DNA of 64,000 nt. It comes from Candidatus Omnitrophota bacterium (GTDB taxonomy: Bacteria; Omnitrophota; Gorgyraeia; JABMRG01; JAFGKX01). The position numbers and the translations under genes are program-made. The stretch is from contig JAZDPX010000032.1 in NCBI GenBank assembly GCA_043797125.1, positions 10,425-74,424 of the forward strand, written 5' to 3'. Each line of letters starts with the position of its first letter. The first letter of the stretch is position 1. The notes beneath the pieces are model-generated. The model saw only the letters and a program-made list of their open reading frames with translations. It had not been told where the DNA came from and did not search any database. Positions 18,312-27,860 of this stretch are shown here, piece by piece.

Positions 18312-21300
18312 ATGTCAAAATTGACACAAAAATTTTTCACCATTATTATCTGCTTAGCCTTTATCGGGCAAAGCACGAATCTGGGTTACTTACCTTCACC
18401 AAACTCATCTAATACGCATACCTTGCGCGGAATGGCGTCGCAATTCGAAATATTACAGGAACTAGAAGAAGAAATGGCAAATGTAATGCCGAAATTTTAC
18501 ACAGCTGAAAATACCGGGCCCTATATGCCATATTATCAGTTGGACAGATCCTTTTTGCAGGGAAAGGTCGGATTTGCAAGGCTTGGATGCGATACGCCTA
18601 TGGATAAAAAGAAACAGAAGGAAATGAAGGATCTGGTTAAAGAGAAAAAAGATATGTCCCTTCTTCTTACCGATGTCAGCCGTATAGCAGACCCTGCCAG
18701 AATAGACTCCGCTATTGAAACTTTAATACACGTTATACGAAACGGCGGCAGGGTAGTGCTGCAGCCCGGCTGGATTGGCAGGCCCGAAGGTAAAATTAAG
18801 GCAGAATTAAGCGTAGTTCCGGTATTTTTGTATATAAGGGACAAGCTTGTAAAAGCAGGAGTAATAAAAGAAGATGAAATGATCCTCTGTCCCACGGATT
18901 TAGAAAAAAGAGAATGCAAAAGCAATTTCCAGAATGTAGGCGTAATTCGGGAGGCTATTAAAACCCATCTTAAAGATTTTAGGAAAGATGGCGAATCGGA
19001 TAAGGATTATAACAAAAGAAAGGGCAAGGTTAAGATATTGTGCCTTGAAAATCCAAGATTCGATAAAGAGTACGATAGCTTTAAATACAAAGATTTTAAG
19101 GATAGCAAAATAGAGGAACCTGCATTTATAAAGATGCTTAAAGAGGAGATTGCTTATGTTGTTTATGATGACTTCAATCATCAGCACAGGCCGCCGGCTG
19201 ATATATCCCTTCTGCCTGAATATGTACCCTCTTTTGTGGGAAAACGACTGGCTGAAGAAATCAGAATGGCTGATATATTATTGGAGATACTTAATAAGAG
19301 AGATAGAAAACCTTTTGCCTTATATCTTGGAGGAAAGAAAATAGAGACAAAGCCAGGCAAGATTTCCAAGGTAACGGTTGCGCTGGAATTAATCAGAAAC
19401 GATATGATGCGCAAGGATGACAGGCTTCTCATAGGCGGCGGTGTTGCGTATGCCTTTTTGGTTGCCCAGAAATATATAGATAGAATCATAACAGGCTTCG
19501 TAGATGACCCCGATAAAATAATCAGCCAGGAGGCTGTAAAGAAAATTACTCGCGGTGAAATAAGTGATGTTATCGGAGATTCATATATCTCGGATGACCC
19601 GTTTGATACAGAAGAGGGTTTAAAACAGGCGCATGAGAGAATTTATACTTTCGCGCAGCTTTTGGTTGAGGCAGCGAAAAGAGGCATTAAGGTCGGGCTG
19701 CCAATAGATCACAAAGTCAGAAACAACAAAACCGGGCAAATAAAAGAATGTACAGGTAATATTGAACGTGGCTGGTATGGTATTGACATTGGTTCCAAAA
19801 CTCGAGAAATGTATAACGGTGCCAGAAAAGGCATAAGCGCAGGTTTGATTGCAGGGCCTATGGGTATAGCTGATGACCCCGACCTTCCCGAAGGCACAGA
19901 AGGCACAGACATAGTCCTTAATGGCCTTGCGGAAGAGACGAGGGATAACGGCGCCTATACATTAAGCGGCGGAGGCGAGACAACGTTCAGGGCAATGGAG
20001 ATTAAAGTATTGCTTTCATGGCTTTCCTTAGGAGGCGGCGCTTTGCTGGAATATATTCAGAAAAATCGCGAGCTGCATGGCCTGCTTGCGCTAAAGAGAT
20101 CAGCGGAGAAATTTGCCGAGGGGAGGGTGTTAGCAGTTTCTGATGCGAAATCAGTGGAAGACACCATTCAGCAGATTAGGCCCTTATATGAGTCGCTGAA
20201 TAAGATAAGAATAGCCATGCCTTCCAATAAAATACAATATAAAATATGGGCGTTAATCAACTATTTCAGAAAAAAGATAGCTACGTTAACAGGCGCTCCG
20301 TGGAAGATACCTATTACTGCGGGGAACTGGAAAGAGAATATAGGAGAAGAAGAAGATGCAAAAAAATTGATTAAAGAAATGATATATGACCTTCGTTTCA
20401 TAGAAGGGGTTATACCTTTTATATGTCCAACAGCTGCGCATTTAAAAATTGCCGCAGAAGCCATAAAAGAAATGGAAGACAAGGGAATTATAGCAAAAGG
20501 AAAATTCACTCTCGGAGCCCAGGATGTGAGCGCCTATGGGGATAAAGAAATGAGCCCCTATTATAAGGATATAAGAGAGCAGTCAGGCAGAACGCATATA
20601 AAAACTATAATAAATGCAGGCAAAGGATATGTTAAATTTATTATTGTAGGCCATTCCGAGACATGCAGGACTCCTGTAGGGGTGGGCGACGAAGAGGGAG
20701 GCGCTGTGCCGGCCGGGCCAGCTTACGATCCTTTATGTGATTACGATGTGAATAACAAGGCGAAATTAACATTAAAATACGGCCTTACTCCAGATATATG
20801 CATAGGCGAAAGTTACGCGGAAAGAAACGCGGAAAAACTATATCCAACTGCTGACGCAAGAAAGGCCTTTCTTTTAAGACGCGGCATAACAGATGATACC
20901 GGAGAACCGGCATGGAAGCAGATTTTAAGACGCCAGATTCAGAGGAGGTTTTTAGGCCCGGATCCCGACGGTGCGATTACTACTAAGATTACCAAGGAAG
21001 ATATTTTACAAAAAGGCATCTATCTTTCCTACGAACCTATCCACTTTATAAGTTTTGGCAACGTAAACGCGGTCGTGGATATGAAGATTGTCGAAGAAGC
21101 CAACAGATTTATCACCTCGGAGATACTCAAGTTGTATGATAACGATAAAGACATAAAGGATAAGATACAGACCGAGGTAATAAAATACGGCGGCAGCGCC
21201 AATGAAACAAACGGCGAAGAGATAATCTCTACTATTTTCACCATAGGCACCATAGCGGGTGGAGCGAGCAGAACTTCAGCCAGATACCTGGGCCTTAACG

Positions 21301-24300
21301 TGGCATTCGGCGGCTGGATGATTCCCCAAAACGCAATTTTAGAAATCGAAGCGGAGCTTAAGCAATTGCGCAAGGCGCTTAAATCTACGCCGGCTGATTC
21401 AAAAGATGCGTCTTTGGCCTTAGAAGGGCAAATAAACCTGCTTAAGGAATTAAAACAGATAGTGCTTGAGATTATGAAAAAGCAAGGTATAGCTATACCG
21501 GCGCCAAGGATACCGACCGAGCAAGAGATGGCCATATATCTGCAGCTTAAAAAGGTAAAAGCTGTTACAGACGCTCAAGCGCAGTATGCCGGAGCTTATA
21601 TTCCAATAATTGATATGGTAAGACAATTTTATAAAAAGGCAGAAAAGACAGTAATAGATAAAAAGAAAGGGATAGAAGCGCTTGCTAAATATAAAAGTGT
21701 TTCATACAAAGACGTAGACAGCATAGAAGATGATAGCGTAGTTATATTCTGCAATCCGGAAAAAGATATGTTTACGGCGAGATTATGGTCATTCGCTTCG
21801 TACAAGAACGACTATTATAAAGATTATAAAGATTACACAATCTACATAATAGGCCATGCGGATGAGTTCGAGGCTGCGATAGCGGCGGAAGAGGCGAAAA
21901 AGCAGGCGAAAGAGGATGCGAAAAAGACTGAAACTGATACAACAAAAACGAACAACTATAATGCTACTGAAAGTGGCCATGTTGATAATATGCCTGATTT
22001 AACGGGCTTTGGCCGTAACGTGCAGATGCCATACACGCCTTCAGAGGCGGAGATGAACCTGTATATTGCGGCTGTAAAGGTACAAAACGTTACTAATGTA
22101 AAGGGCGTTCAAGTTAAAAGAGGCGATGCCTTTGCAGAAGTATATAGTGACGAGGCCACCAGGTTAGAGGGCGAGGCAAAAAGCTTTGTTAAGAAACAAG
22201 ACCTCAAGAAATACAAGCGTATTTCATATAAGAACAGAAAAGAGATACCTGACGGATCATTGGTTCTATTACCTGCTAAAGATGCAGGAAGGGACGGATA
22301 CAGGGTGACTATATGGTCTGCAAAGAAATACAATAAGGGGGTTTACTCTGGGGAGTTGTATAAATACTTCACCTCCTCCACCGCTTATATAATAGGCCAC
22401 AGAGATGACTTTGAAGTTCTCATAACGGAGTCGCCAAAAAAATATGCTGAGTTATTAACTATGCAGTCTGGATGGGGTGACAAGTGGACCGAGTATTACC
22501 ATATAGTAGCTATAGATAAAGCAATCGAGGACTATACAAAAGAGTTGAATACAAGGGAACGCGACTTGTTAACACCGGAAGGCATATACGAAGAGTATTG
22601 CAAGGTATTAGACGGGGCAGACAGCGCAGAGTTATACAAGATGGCATGGGAATTCGCGTTACGGAAAGATTTTAAGAGCTTATCAACAATATCTGATATA
22701 AAGCAAGTAGCGCCCGGGGACATAATTATTATTACCGATACCAATCCAAAACAGAAAAGTGTCATTAATGTAATTGTGTATGACCCGCAAGAGCATGACT
22801 TAATTGTATCTGCCGCGATTTCCGATTTTAAGAAAGCCGAGGTGCGCTACATAGGCAATAAAAATATGTTTGAAGATAAAATATCTGTAACAGCAAAAGA
22901 CGTATTAAAAGTATATCTGGAGTTTAATAAAAGCGTGACTAACAATGATAAGTTTTTTAAAACCCACGGCATCAGGAGTACAATTGTTGAAAAGTTTGTG
23001 CGTTCCGGCAATTTTAAAAAGCTGCCTGTTGTCAAAAATCAAGACTATCTGCACTCGGGGTCGCTGTTTATTGCCGCTAAAACACAATGGGATAAGCAAT
23101 TAAGCGGGGATGTTCGCCTTATATTTGTAAGCGCTGGCAAGAGACATGCAATAGAGTATGGAGACTGGTGGAGCGCTGACGGGTCAAAAATCAGCGAGTA
23201 TGAACTCCGCTGCATAGGGCCTATCGCGTTAATAAAGAATGAGTTGGGTGAAAAGGCTGTTTCTAAGTTGAAAGACGAGATCGGCTACATAAAAGTTGAG
23301 TTAAAGAGACGGGAAAAACTAAAGAAAGAGATGACGGGAAAAAAGACGACTGTTTCTTCCGAGAAATCCCTTACCTGGCAAATTCCAAAAATTACTCCGA
23401 AAGATATACAAACTGTGTATGATGAGTACGTCAAAAAATATGATAGATGGTACCCATGGTCTATAGACCCGAAACGCCCGGATAATATTCCCGGATATGG
23501 GCTATTTTTAGAAGAAAAGGATATTCGCCCCCTAATAAATCCAAAGGGCATATGGGCGCTACGCAAAGTTATAGATAAAATAGCGGAAGAGGCTAAGATA
23601 GAAGGGAAAAAAATTGACTTAACAACGCACCCTGACGACCGCTTGTATCACAACAAGCTAGTCGAAATATGCCGGTGGACGCGTGTCGATTTAGGTAATG
23701 CGCTGGATATGATGCTTAAGGAACCAAACCGTCTGGGCTATGTGCTTACAAGCAAAGAAGACGCAATATCAAATTGCTTATATATTTCCAGTCTTACTGC
23801 TTATGAGTCTCTCGACAGCGAACAACAGAAGCGTTACAGAGATGGACTAGGGGGATGGCGCAATAAAACATTGCATCAACTAGCTGATGAGCGTATTGCC
23901 ACAGGAGAGGAAATTGCCAGTATGGACCTAACGCAATTCAAGAAGTATAAGTTCCGTCAAATACTGGTACAAACAGAGGATAAAAAGACGAAAGAAAAGA
24001 CGCAAGGACCCAATTACGACGTTACCGAACTTGCAAAAGGAAAAGTTGATGAGTTTACACCAGGAGAAGGTGCCATTCCTGGTGTTATGGTTGGCGCAAA
24101 TAATGCCCTCCAGACGGCCTTAGATATTATTAATACACCATCTTCCACCACGGACGAGAAGCAAATTGAAGAGTATGCAAAATCATTAGATAAGGCTGAA
24201 GAATCGCTTGACAAGGCAATAAATGCAACAAATTTGAAGGATGATTTTAGCGGTTTTAAGGCAATTGCTGCAGAAGGCACAGGCCTGCCTACGGGCACCA

Positions 24301-24959
24301 TAGATGAAGCCAAGGAGCAGTGGCAATACAGCACGAACATTCTACACGCGGTAAAAGGAATAAGTGCTGCAACAAGAATAAGAGGCCTGGAAGACGCAAA
24401 TCAGGATATTATTAAGCCGTTTACCATGTTTATAGATAAAACAGCGCCTTACCAGAAGCAACTTGAATGGGCAAAAGAGCTGGGTGTGTTTGATGTTGCA
24501 AAAGAGAAGTTCGGATGCCAGACAATAGAATTCGATCCTGCAAAAGATAAGATAGACGAATTATTAAAGCAAGCAAACGTCAGCAAAGACATGGCAATGT
24601 TTATCTCGCAGCCTAAATATAAAGAAAAACTTGAAAGAGCTGAAATTAAATCCATAATTATAGACAAATTCGAGCAGGGTATGTTCATAGATTTTATGAC
24701 CCTGGCAGGTTTTTCAAAGGTAATGCTCTATCTGGCCAAATATGGTGAGAATCAGGAATATAAGGACATTAAATCCAATTTATGGAATCTTGCCCAGCTG
24801 TTGTATAGGTCCTTAACTGGCGAGAGTGCGGTGCTTGAAAAGGATAGTATAACCAGTTTTGCAATTAATTTACCCTTGCCTGAACCCAAGGCTTTACTAC
24901 CAGACGAGAAGTTGAGAGAGCTGATTAAGATATCCGCGGAAACAGCAGGCAAGGCGTAA
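18312..24959 (+). CDS. Giant (2215 aa) protein: N-terminal signal-peptide-like segment, complete phosphoglycerate kinase-like domain, complete triosephosphate isomerase-like domain, about 1200-aa K/E-rich C-terminal region of unknown function with internal repeats
   Basis: PGK motifs: ETLIHVIRNGGRVVLQPGWIGRPEG...SVVPVFLYIRDKL (cf. SHLGRP...LKDKL), KILCLENPRFDKE (LENxRF), AYVVYDDFNHQHRPPAD (DAFGTAHRA), FALYLGGKKIETK, LLIGGGVAYAFLVAQ (GGGMAxTFL), GIDIGSKT...GLIAGPMGIAD...GTEGTDIVLNG...TLSGGGETTFRAMEIK...LGGGALLEY. TIM motifs: ITAGNWKEN, FTLGAQDVSAYGDKEMSPYYKDIREQSG...FIIVGHSETCR, ICIGESYAERNAEK, SYEPIHFISFG, VIKYGGSANETNGEEI, IAGGASRTSA. The C-terminal half has a duplicated module (...TIYIIGHADEFE / ...AYIIGHRDDFE). 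Confidence 0.85.
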   Translation: MSKLTQKFFTIIICLAFIGQSTNLGYLPSPNSSNTHTLRGMASQFEILQELEEEMANVMPKFYTAENTGPYMPYYQLDRSFLQGKVGFARLGCDTPMDKKKQKEMKDLVKEKKDMSLLLTDVSRIADPARIDSAIETLIHVIRNGGRVVLQPGWIGRPEGKIKAELSVVPVFLYIRDKLVKAGVIKEDEMILCPTDLEKRECKSNFQNVGVIREAIKTHLKDFRKDGESDKDYNKRKGKVKILCLENPRFDKEYDSFKYKDFKDSKIEEPAFIKMLKEEIAYVVYDDFNHQHRPPADISLLPEYVPSFVGKRLAEEIRMADILLEILNKRDRKPFALYLGGKKIETKPGKISKVTVALELIRNDMMRKDDRLLIGGGVAYAFLVAQKYIDRIITGFVDDPDKIISQEAVKKITRGEISDVIGDSYISDDPFDTEEGLKQAHERIYTFAQLLVEAAKRGIKVGLPIDHKVRNNKTGQIKECTGNIERGWYGIDIGSKTREMYNGARKGISAGLIAGPMGIADDPDLPEGTEGTDIVLNGLAEETRDNGAYTLSGGGETTFRAMEIKVLLSWLSLGGGALLEYIQKNRELHGLLALKRSAEKFAEGRVLAVSDAKSVEDTIQQIRPLYESLNKIRIAMPSNKIQYKIWALINYFRKKIATLTGAPWKIPITAGNWKENIGEEEDAKKLIKEMIYDLRFIEGVIPFICPTAAHLKIAAEAIKEMEDKGIIAKGKFTLGAQDVSAYGDKEMSPYYKDIREQSGRTHIKTIINAGKGYVKFIIVGHSETCRTPVGVGDEEGGAVPAGPAYDPLCDYDVNNKAKLTLKYGLTPDICIGESYAERNAEKLYPTADARKAFLLRRGITDDTGEPAWKQILRRQIQRRFLGPDPDGAITTKITKEDILQKGIYLSYEPIHFISFGNVNAVVDMKIVEEANRFITSEILKLYDNDKDIKDKIQTEVIKYGGSANETNGEEIISTIFTIGTIAGGASRTSARYLGLNVAFGGWMIPQNAILEIEAELKQLRKALKSTPADSKDASLALEGQINLLKELKQIVLEIMKKQGIAIPAPRIPTEQEMAIYLQLKKVKAVTDAQAQYAGAYIPIIDMVRQFYKKAEKTVIDKKKGIEALAKYKSVSYKDVDSIEDDSVVIFCNPEKDMFTARLWSFASYKNDYYKDYKDYTIYIIGHADEFEAAIAAEEAKKQAKEDAKKTETDTTKTNNYNATESGHVDNMPDLTGFGRNVQMPYTPSEAEMNLYIAAVKVQNVTNVKGVQVKRGDAFAEVYSDEATRLEGEAKSFVKKQDLKKYKRISYKNRKEIPDGSLVLLPAKDAGRDGYRVTIWSAKKYNKGVYSGELYKYFTSSTAYIIGHRDDFEVLITESPKKYAELLTMQSGWGDKWTEYYHIVAIDKAIEDYTKELNTRERDLLTPEGIYEEYCKVLDGADSAELYKMAWEFALRKDFKSLSTISDIKQVAPGDIIIITDTNPKQKSVINVIVYDPQEHDLIVSAAISDFKKAEVRYIGNKNMFEDKISVTAKDVLKVYLEFNKSVTNNDKFFKTHGIRSTIVEKFVRSGNFKKLPVVKNQDYLHSGSLFIAAKTQWDKQLSGDVRLIFVSAGKRHAIEYGDWWSADGSKISEYELRCIGPIALIKNELGEKAVSKLKDEIGYIKVELKRREKLKKEMTGKKTTVSSEKSLTWQIPKITPKDIQTVYDEYVKKYDRWYPWSIDPKRPDNIPGYGLFLEEKDIRPLINPKGIWALRKVIDKIAEEAKIEGKKIDLTTHPDDRLYHNKLVEICRWTRVDLGNALDMMLKEPNRLGYVLTSKEDAISNCLYISSLTAYESLDSEQQKRYRDGLGGWRNKTLHQLADERIATGEEIASMDLTQFKKYKFRQILVQTEDKKTKEKTQGPNYDVTELAKGKVDEFTPGEGAIPGVMVGANNALQTALDIINTPSSTTDEKQIEEYAKSLDKAEESLDKAINATNLKDDFSGFKAIAAEGTGLPTGTIDEAKEQWQYSTNILHAVKGISAATRIRGLEDANQDIIKPFTMFIDKTAPYQKQLEWAKELGVFDVAKEKFGCQTIEFDPAKDKIDELLKQANVSKDMAMFISQPKYKEKLERAEIKSIIIDKFEQGMFIDFMTLAGFSKVMLYLAKYGENQEYKDIKSNLWNLAQLLYRSLTGESAVLEKDSITSFAINLPLPEPKALLPDEKLRELIKISAETAGKA

Positions 24960-24981
24960 GCCGGCGTAGGGCAAATGTAGG

Positions 24982-25060
24982 GGCGCCATTTATGGCGCCC
25001 TGATGTAGGGGGGGCTTGATTTATCAAGCCCACAAAAATAGGGTTCGATAAATCGAACCC
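24982..25060. promoter_or_regulatory. Three tandem perfect palindromes (18, 18 and 20 bp) with AT-rich 2-nt centres, between the giant gene and the next gene
   Basis: GGCGCCATttATGGCGCC (24982-24999), GGCTTGATttATCAAGCC (25013-25030), GGGTTCGATaaATCGAACCC (25041-25060). Each is preceded by (t)aggg. They share the central ATTTAT/ATAAAT core but have different arms. Confidence 0.55.
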
Positions 25061-25091
25061 CTACTGCTATTAAGCAAAATAAGGGGATTTC

Positions 25092-27815
25092 ATGCCGAGT
25101 TTACCTAAAAAAGCAGTAACTGTCCTTATTGCCGCTATTTTCATCGCGCAAAGCGCAAATCTGAATTACCTTTCCGCTCAAACCCAATTAAACACGAACG
25201 CATTGCGGGCCATGTCCATGGCTATTGAGCTTGATCCAAACAAGGCTATTATAGAAAAAGTAAAAGAATACTACGCTGAAAAAGGCATAAATGCCGATGA
25301 TTATTATGTTCCGCCCATAGTAGGCAAAGATATATTTGGAAAAGAGCTGACCATAAATAAAGGCGATATAGTTATCCATGCTAACCATCGCGCAGACAGA
25401 GTTTTTGAAAGCTTATTTTCCCTTACAGATCCTGATTTTAATAAAGACAGCCAAAGGTTTGATACCCCTGATTTGGGCTTGCATGTCGTCGCCTTTGCTA
25501 ACCACGATTCAAAATATTTCGCTAAGCATGGCATAGAAGCTGCTTTTACCATCAACGAAGAAGACTACAGGCCTTCATACGATTCCTTGGTGGATGTCTT
25601 GTATGAAAATAATATCAAGCAGGGGTATTTTACAGAAACAGATAAGGGTAAACATGTAAGTTATTTTTTAGCAGGCCAGCGTAATCTTCCTTATGAGGAT
25701 ATGGGGATACACGTGGAAATCGTTGCTTCTCAATCAGTATCTGATAAGGAAAAAGACCCTAATATGCAGTATAAGGAAATAACATCAAACGCCATTAACT
25801 TTTTACAGAATAACAGCTCTGATGAGCCTGCTTTTATTTTGGTAAATTATCCTGTCGATATCCAAGGCCACAATATTAAATGTAATAAGCAAAGAGCTAT
25901 TGATACAATATCAGCCTGCGATAGGGAAGCTGAAAAACTATATAATGCGGTAAAAGAAATGGGCGGTGTATGGATAGATACATCCGACCACGGCAACGTT
26001 GAAGAGTTAGCTGTTTTGGATAAAAATGGCATGCCTGTAACGGATAAATACGGCAATATCCCTTATGACCAGCATACTGCTAATTCTGTTCATTGCATAA
26101 TAGACGGTTTAGGAAATGTTAATCTTAAAGATGGCAAGGGCCTGGCCAATATCGCCCCCACCGTCCTTGAAATTTTAGGAATTGATAAGCCGAAGGATAT
26201 GGAAGAAAGCCTGCTTAAAGATTATAAATACAAAAAGATAAAAGGCCCTGTTGTGGTTGTTGTGCGCGACGGCTGGGGTAAAAGCAAGTTTACTAACCCT
26301 GAGGCATTGGAATGGAATGGATTAGAACTGGCTAAACCCGCCTTTTTTAACCGGCTTAAAGAAACCGCCCCCATTACTTGGATTAAGGCGCACGGAAGCG
26401 CTGTTGGCCTGCCTGATTATCAGGAGGGCGATTCTGATAACGGCCATCGCACCATAGGGGCAGGAAAGATACTGCCGACATTATATAAATTAATTATAGA
26501 CCAAATAGAATCAGGCGATTTTTATAAAAACGAAGTTCTGCGCAATATCTTTAAAAAAGCCATAGAAGAAAAGCACGATATATGCGTGATGGGCCTTGAT
26601 TCCGACGGAGGAATACACTGCGATCATAAGTATTTTCTTGCTTTAATAGAAATGGCAAGGTGTTTTGACATTAAAAAGCATGGCATAAAGCTGAAGCTTT
26701 TTCCGATTTTAGACGGAAGAGACAGGATGACCAGAATATATGAACAAAGCGGAGCTTACTATCTTGAGGATTTAGACAGAAAGATAAAAGAAGCGGGTCT
26801 TGCAGGCGCTGCATATATAGCTCAAACTGTCGGAAGATATATGGCAATGGACAGAGACGCTGTAAACGCTGATAAGGAAAGAGAACGCCTTGAGCAGAAA
26901 TTATCCGATGCCTTAAAACCGGATGATCCCGCGAATAAAGCTGACAATATTGTGAAATTAGTATCAGGTATTACAGCATCTGTGACTAAGGAAATTGCAA
27001 AAACAGAAAAAGAGCTGGCCAAGGCAAAAGACGCGCCAAAACAGGCATTTTTTAACAGCATAATTAATTGTTTGAATGCCATTGGGCAGCTTAATGAGAA
27101 ATTTAATCTTGAAAACGCGAAAGGCAAAAATAGGAATAATGAGAAAATAATTGAATTAGGAAAGAAAATAGCTGAAAACAAAAGACAGGAGTGGCTTATC
27201 CGCGCTAGCGCATTATGGCAGGAGCGTTACAAGGTAGCTTACGATGCCTGGGTTTATGGGAGCAAAGCTCCTCAAATGAAGTTCATGGAAGCCGCCGCGC
27301 ACAAAGATGAGCCTTTGAGCGAGACGGTTGATTATTCAGAACCGCAGCCTGCAGATAAAAAGGGTGTATGTGTACAATACAGCTATGTTCTGCATTTAAG
27401 AAATAAGTTAAAAAAACATTTTGATACAACAACAACTTCAACTCTAACAGCTGCGGAACTAACATTAGAGGAAATAATAGTGGAATGTGTTAAAAATGAA
27501 GTATTTTATGCTTCAAACCCATTATTTATTAAAGATTCTGAATCTATAAAAGCTGATGGGGTTTATTTTTCAAGCCGTGCATTTAGGAGTAGAAAGTCAA
27601 TCACGGAACAAAATAAGCTCTGCAAGGATATATATATTCTTACGGGTGCGGGAATGGCCGATGTTGAGTCAGTAGCAAGATGGCAGTACCTGTTTGTAGG
27701 TAACCTGGATGAGAAAATATTAAAAAATGGATTCTCTGATAATCCAGGCGCAGAGAAAGTCTATCCTAATGATTCGCAGAAGCTGCTGGACATCGCAATT
27801 CTTGCGGCTGCGTAA
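25092..27815 (+). CDS. 907-aa protein: signal-peptide-like N-terminus with motif shared with the giant protein, circularly permuted 2,3-bisphosphoglycerate-independent phosphoglycerate mutase (GpmI-like) domain, about 200-aa unknown C-terminus
   Basis: C-terminal-half GpmI motifs come first: DIVIHANHRADR (FMNFRADR), FILVNYPVDIQGHN (ICNYPNGDMVGHTG), WIDTSDHGNVEEL (ITADHGNAE), LANIAPTVLEILGI (DIAPTMLSLMG). N-terminal-half motifs come second: VVVVVRDGWG (VLVILDGYG), AHGSAVGLPDYQEGDSDNGHRTIGAGKI (GLPDRQMGNSEVGHxNLGAGR), VMGLDSDGGIHCDHKYF (GLLSAGGVHSH), ILDGRDR (FLDGRDT), GRYMAMDRD (GRYYAMDRD). Confidence 0.85.
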   Translation: MPSLPKKAVTVLIAAIFIAQSANLNYLSAQTQLNTNALRAMSMAIELDPNKAIIEKVKEYYAEKGINADDYYVPPIVGKDIFGKELTINKGDIVIHANHRADRVFESLFSLTDPDFNKDSQRFDTPDLGLHVVAFANHDSKYFAKHGIEAAFTINEEDYRPSYDSLVDVLYENNIKQGYFTETDKGKHVSYFLAGQRNLPYEDMGIHVEIVASQSVSDKEKDPNMQYKEITSNAINFLQNNSSDEPAFILVNYPVDIQGHNIKCNKQRAIDTISACDREAEKLYNAVKEMGGVWIDTSDHGNVEELAVLDKNGMPVTDKYGNIPYDQHTANSVHCIIDGLGNVNLKDGKGLANIAPTVLEILGIDKPKDMEESLLKDYKYKKIKGPVVVVVRDGWGKSKFTNPEALEWNGLELAKPAFFNRLKETAPITWIKAHGSAVGLPDYQEGDSDNGHRTIGAGKILPTLYKLIIDQIESGDFYKNEVLRNIFKKAIEEKHDICVMGLDSDGGIHCDHKYFLALIEMARCFDIKKHGIKLKLFPILDGRDRMTRIYEQSGAYYLEDLDRKIKEAGLAGAAYIAQTVGRYMAMDRDAVNADKERERLEQKLSDALKPDDPANKADNIVKLVSGITASVTKEIAKTEKELAKAKDAPKQAFFNSIINCLNAIGQLNEKFNLENAKGKNRNNEKIIELGKKIAENKRQEWLIRASALWQERYKVAYDAWVYGSKAPQMKFMEAAAHKDEPLSETVDYSEPQPADKKGVCVQYSYVLHLRNKLKKHFDTTTTSTLTAAELTLEEIIVECVKNEVFYASNPLFIKDSESIKADGVYFSSRAFRSRKSITEQNKLCKDIYILTGAGMADVESVARWQYLFVGNLDEKILKNGFSDNPGAEKVYPNDSQKLLDIAILAAA

Positions 27816-27826
27816 GAAGAGTGTAA

Positions 27827-27860
27827 AGCCGTAGCGGAGCCTTAAGGCTCCGCTACGGCT
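27827..27860. repeat. CTTAAG-centred palindrome (type 2, 34-bp perfect) plus an adjacent small hairpin cttgccggctggcaag; apparent insertion into a 3' motif that is uninterrupted at 62989-63015
   Basis: agccgtagcggagccttaaggctccgctacggct, flanked by gtgtaaag on the left and gcgttaagtgtaaagt on the right. Confidence 0.8.

Noticed and set aside
21029-21535. 168-aa minus-strand ORF inside the giant gene (and many other antisense ORFs greater than 60 aa across the window)
   Set aside because: Lie entirely within strongly supported plus-strand genes with conserved domains; no RBS/promoter; typical antisense artefacts.
25041-25060. GGGTTCGATaaATCGAACCC resembling a tRNA T-arm (GGTTCGAATCC-like)
   Set aside because: No acceptor/D/anticodon arms can be drawn around it. 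It is one of three tandem perfect palindromes, so it is a palindromic site, not a tRNA. No tRNA or rRNA recognised anywhere in the window.
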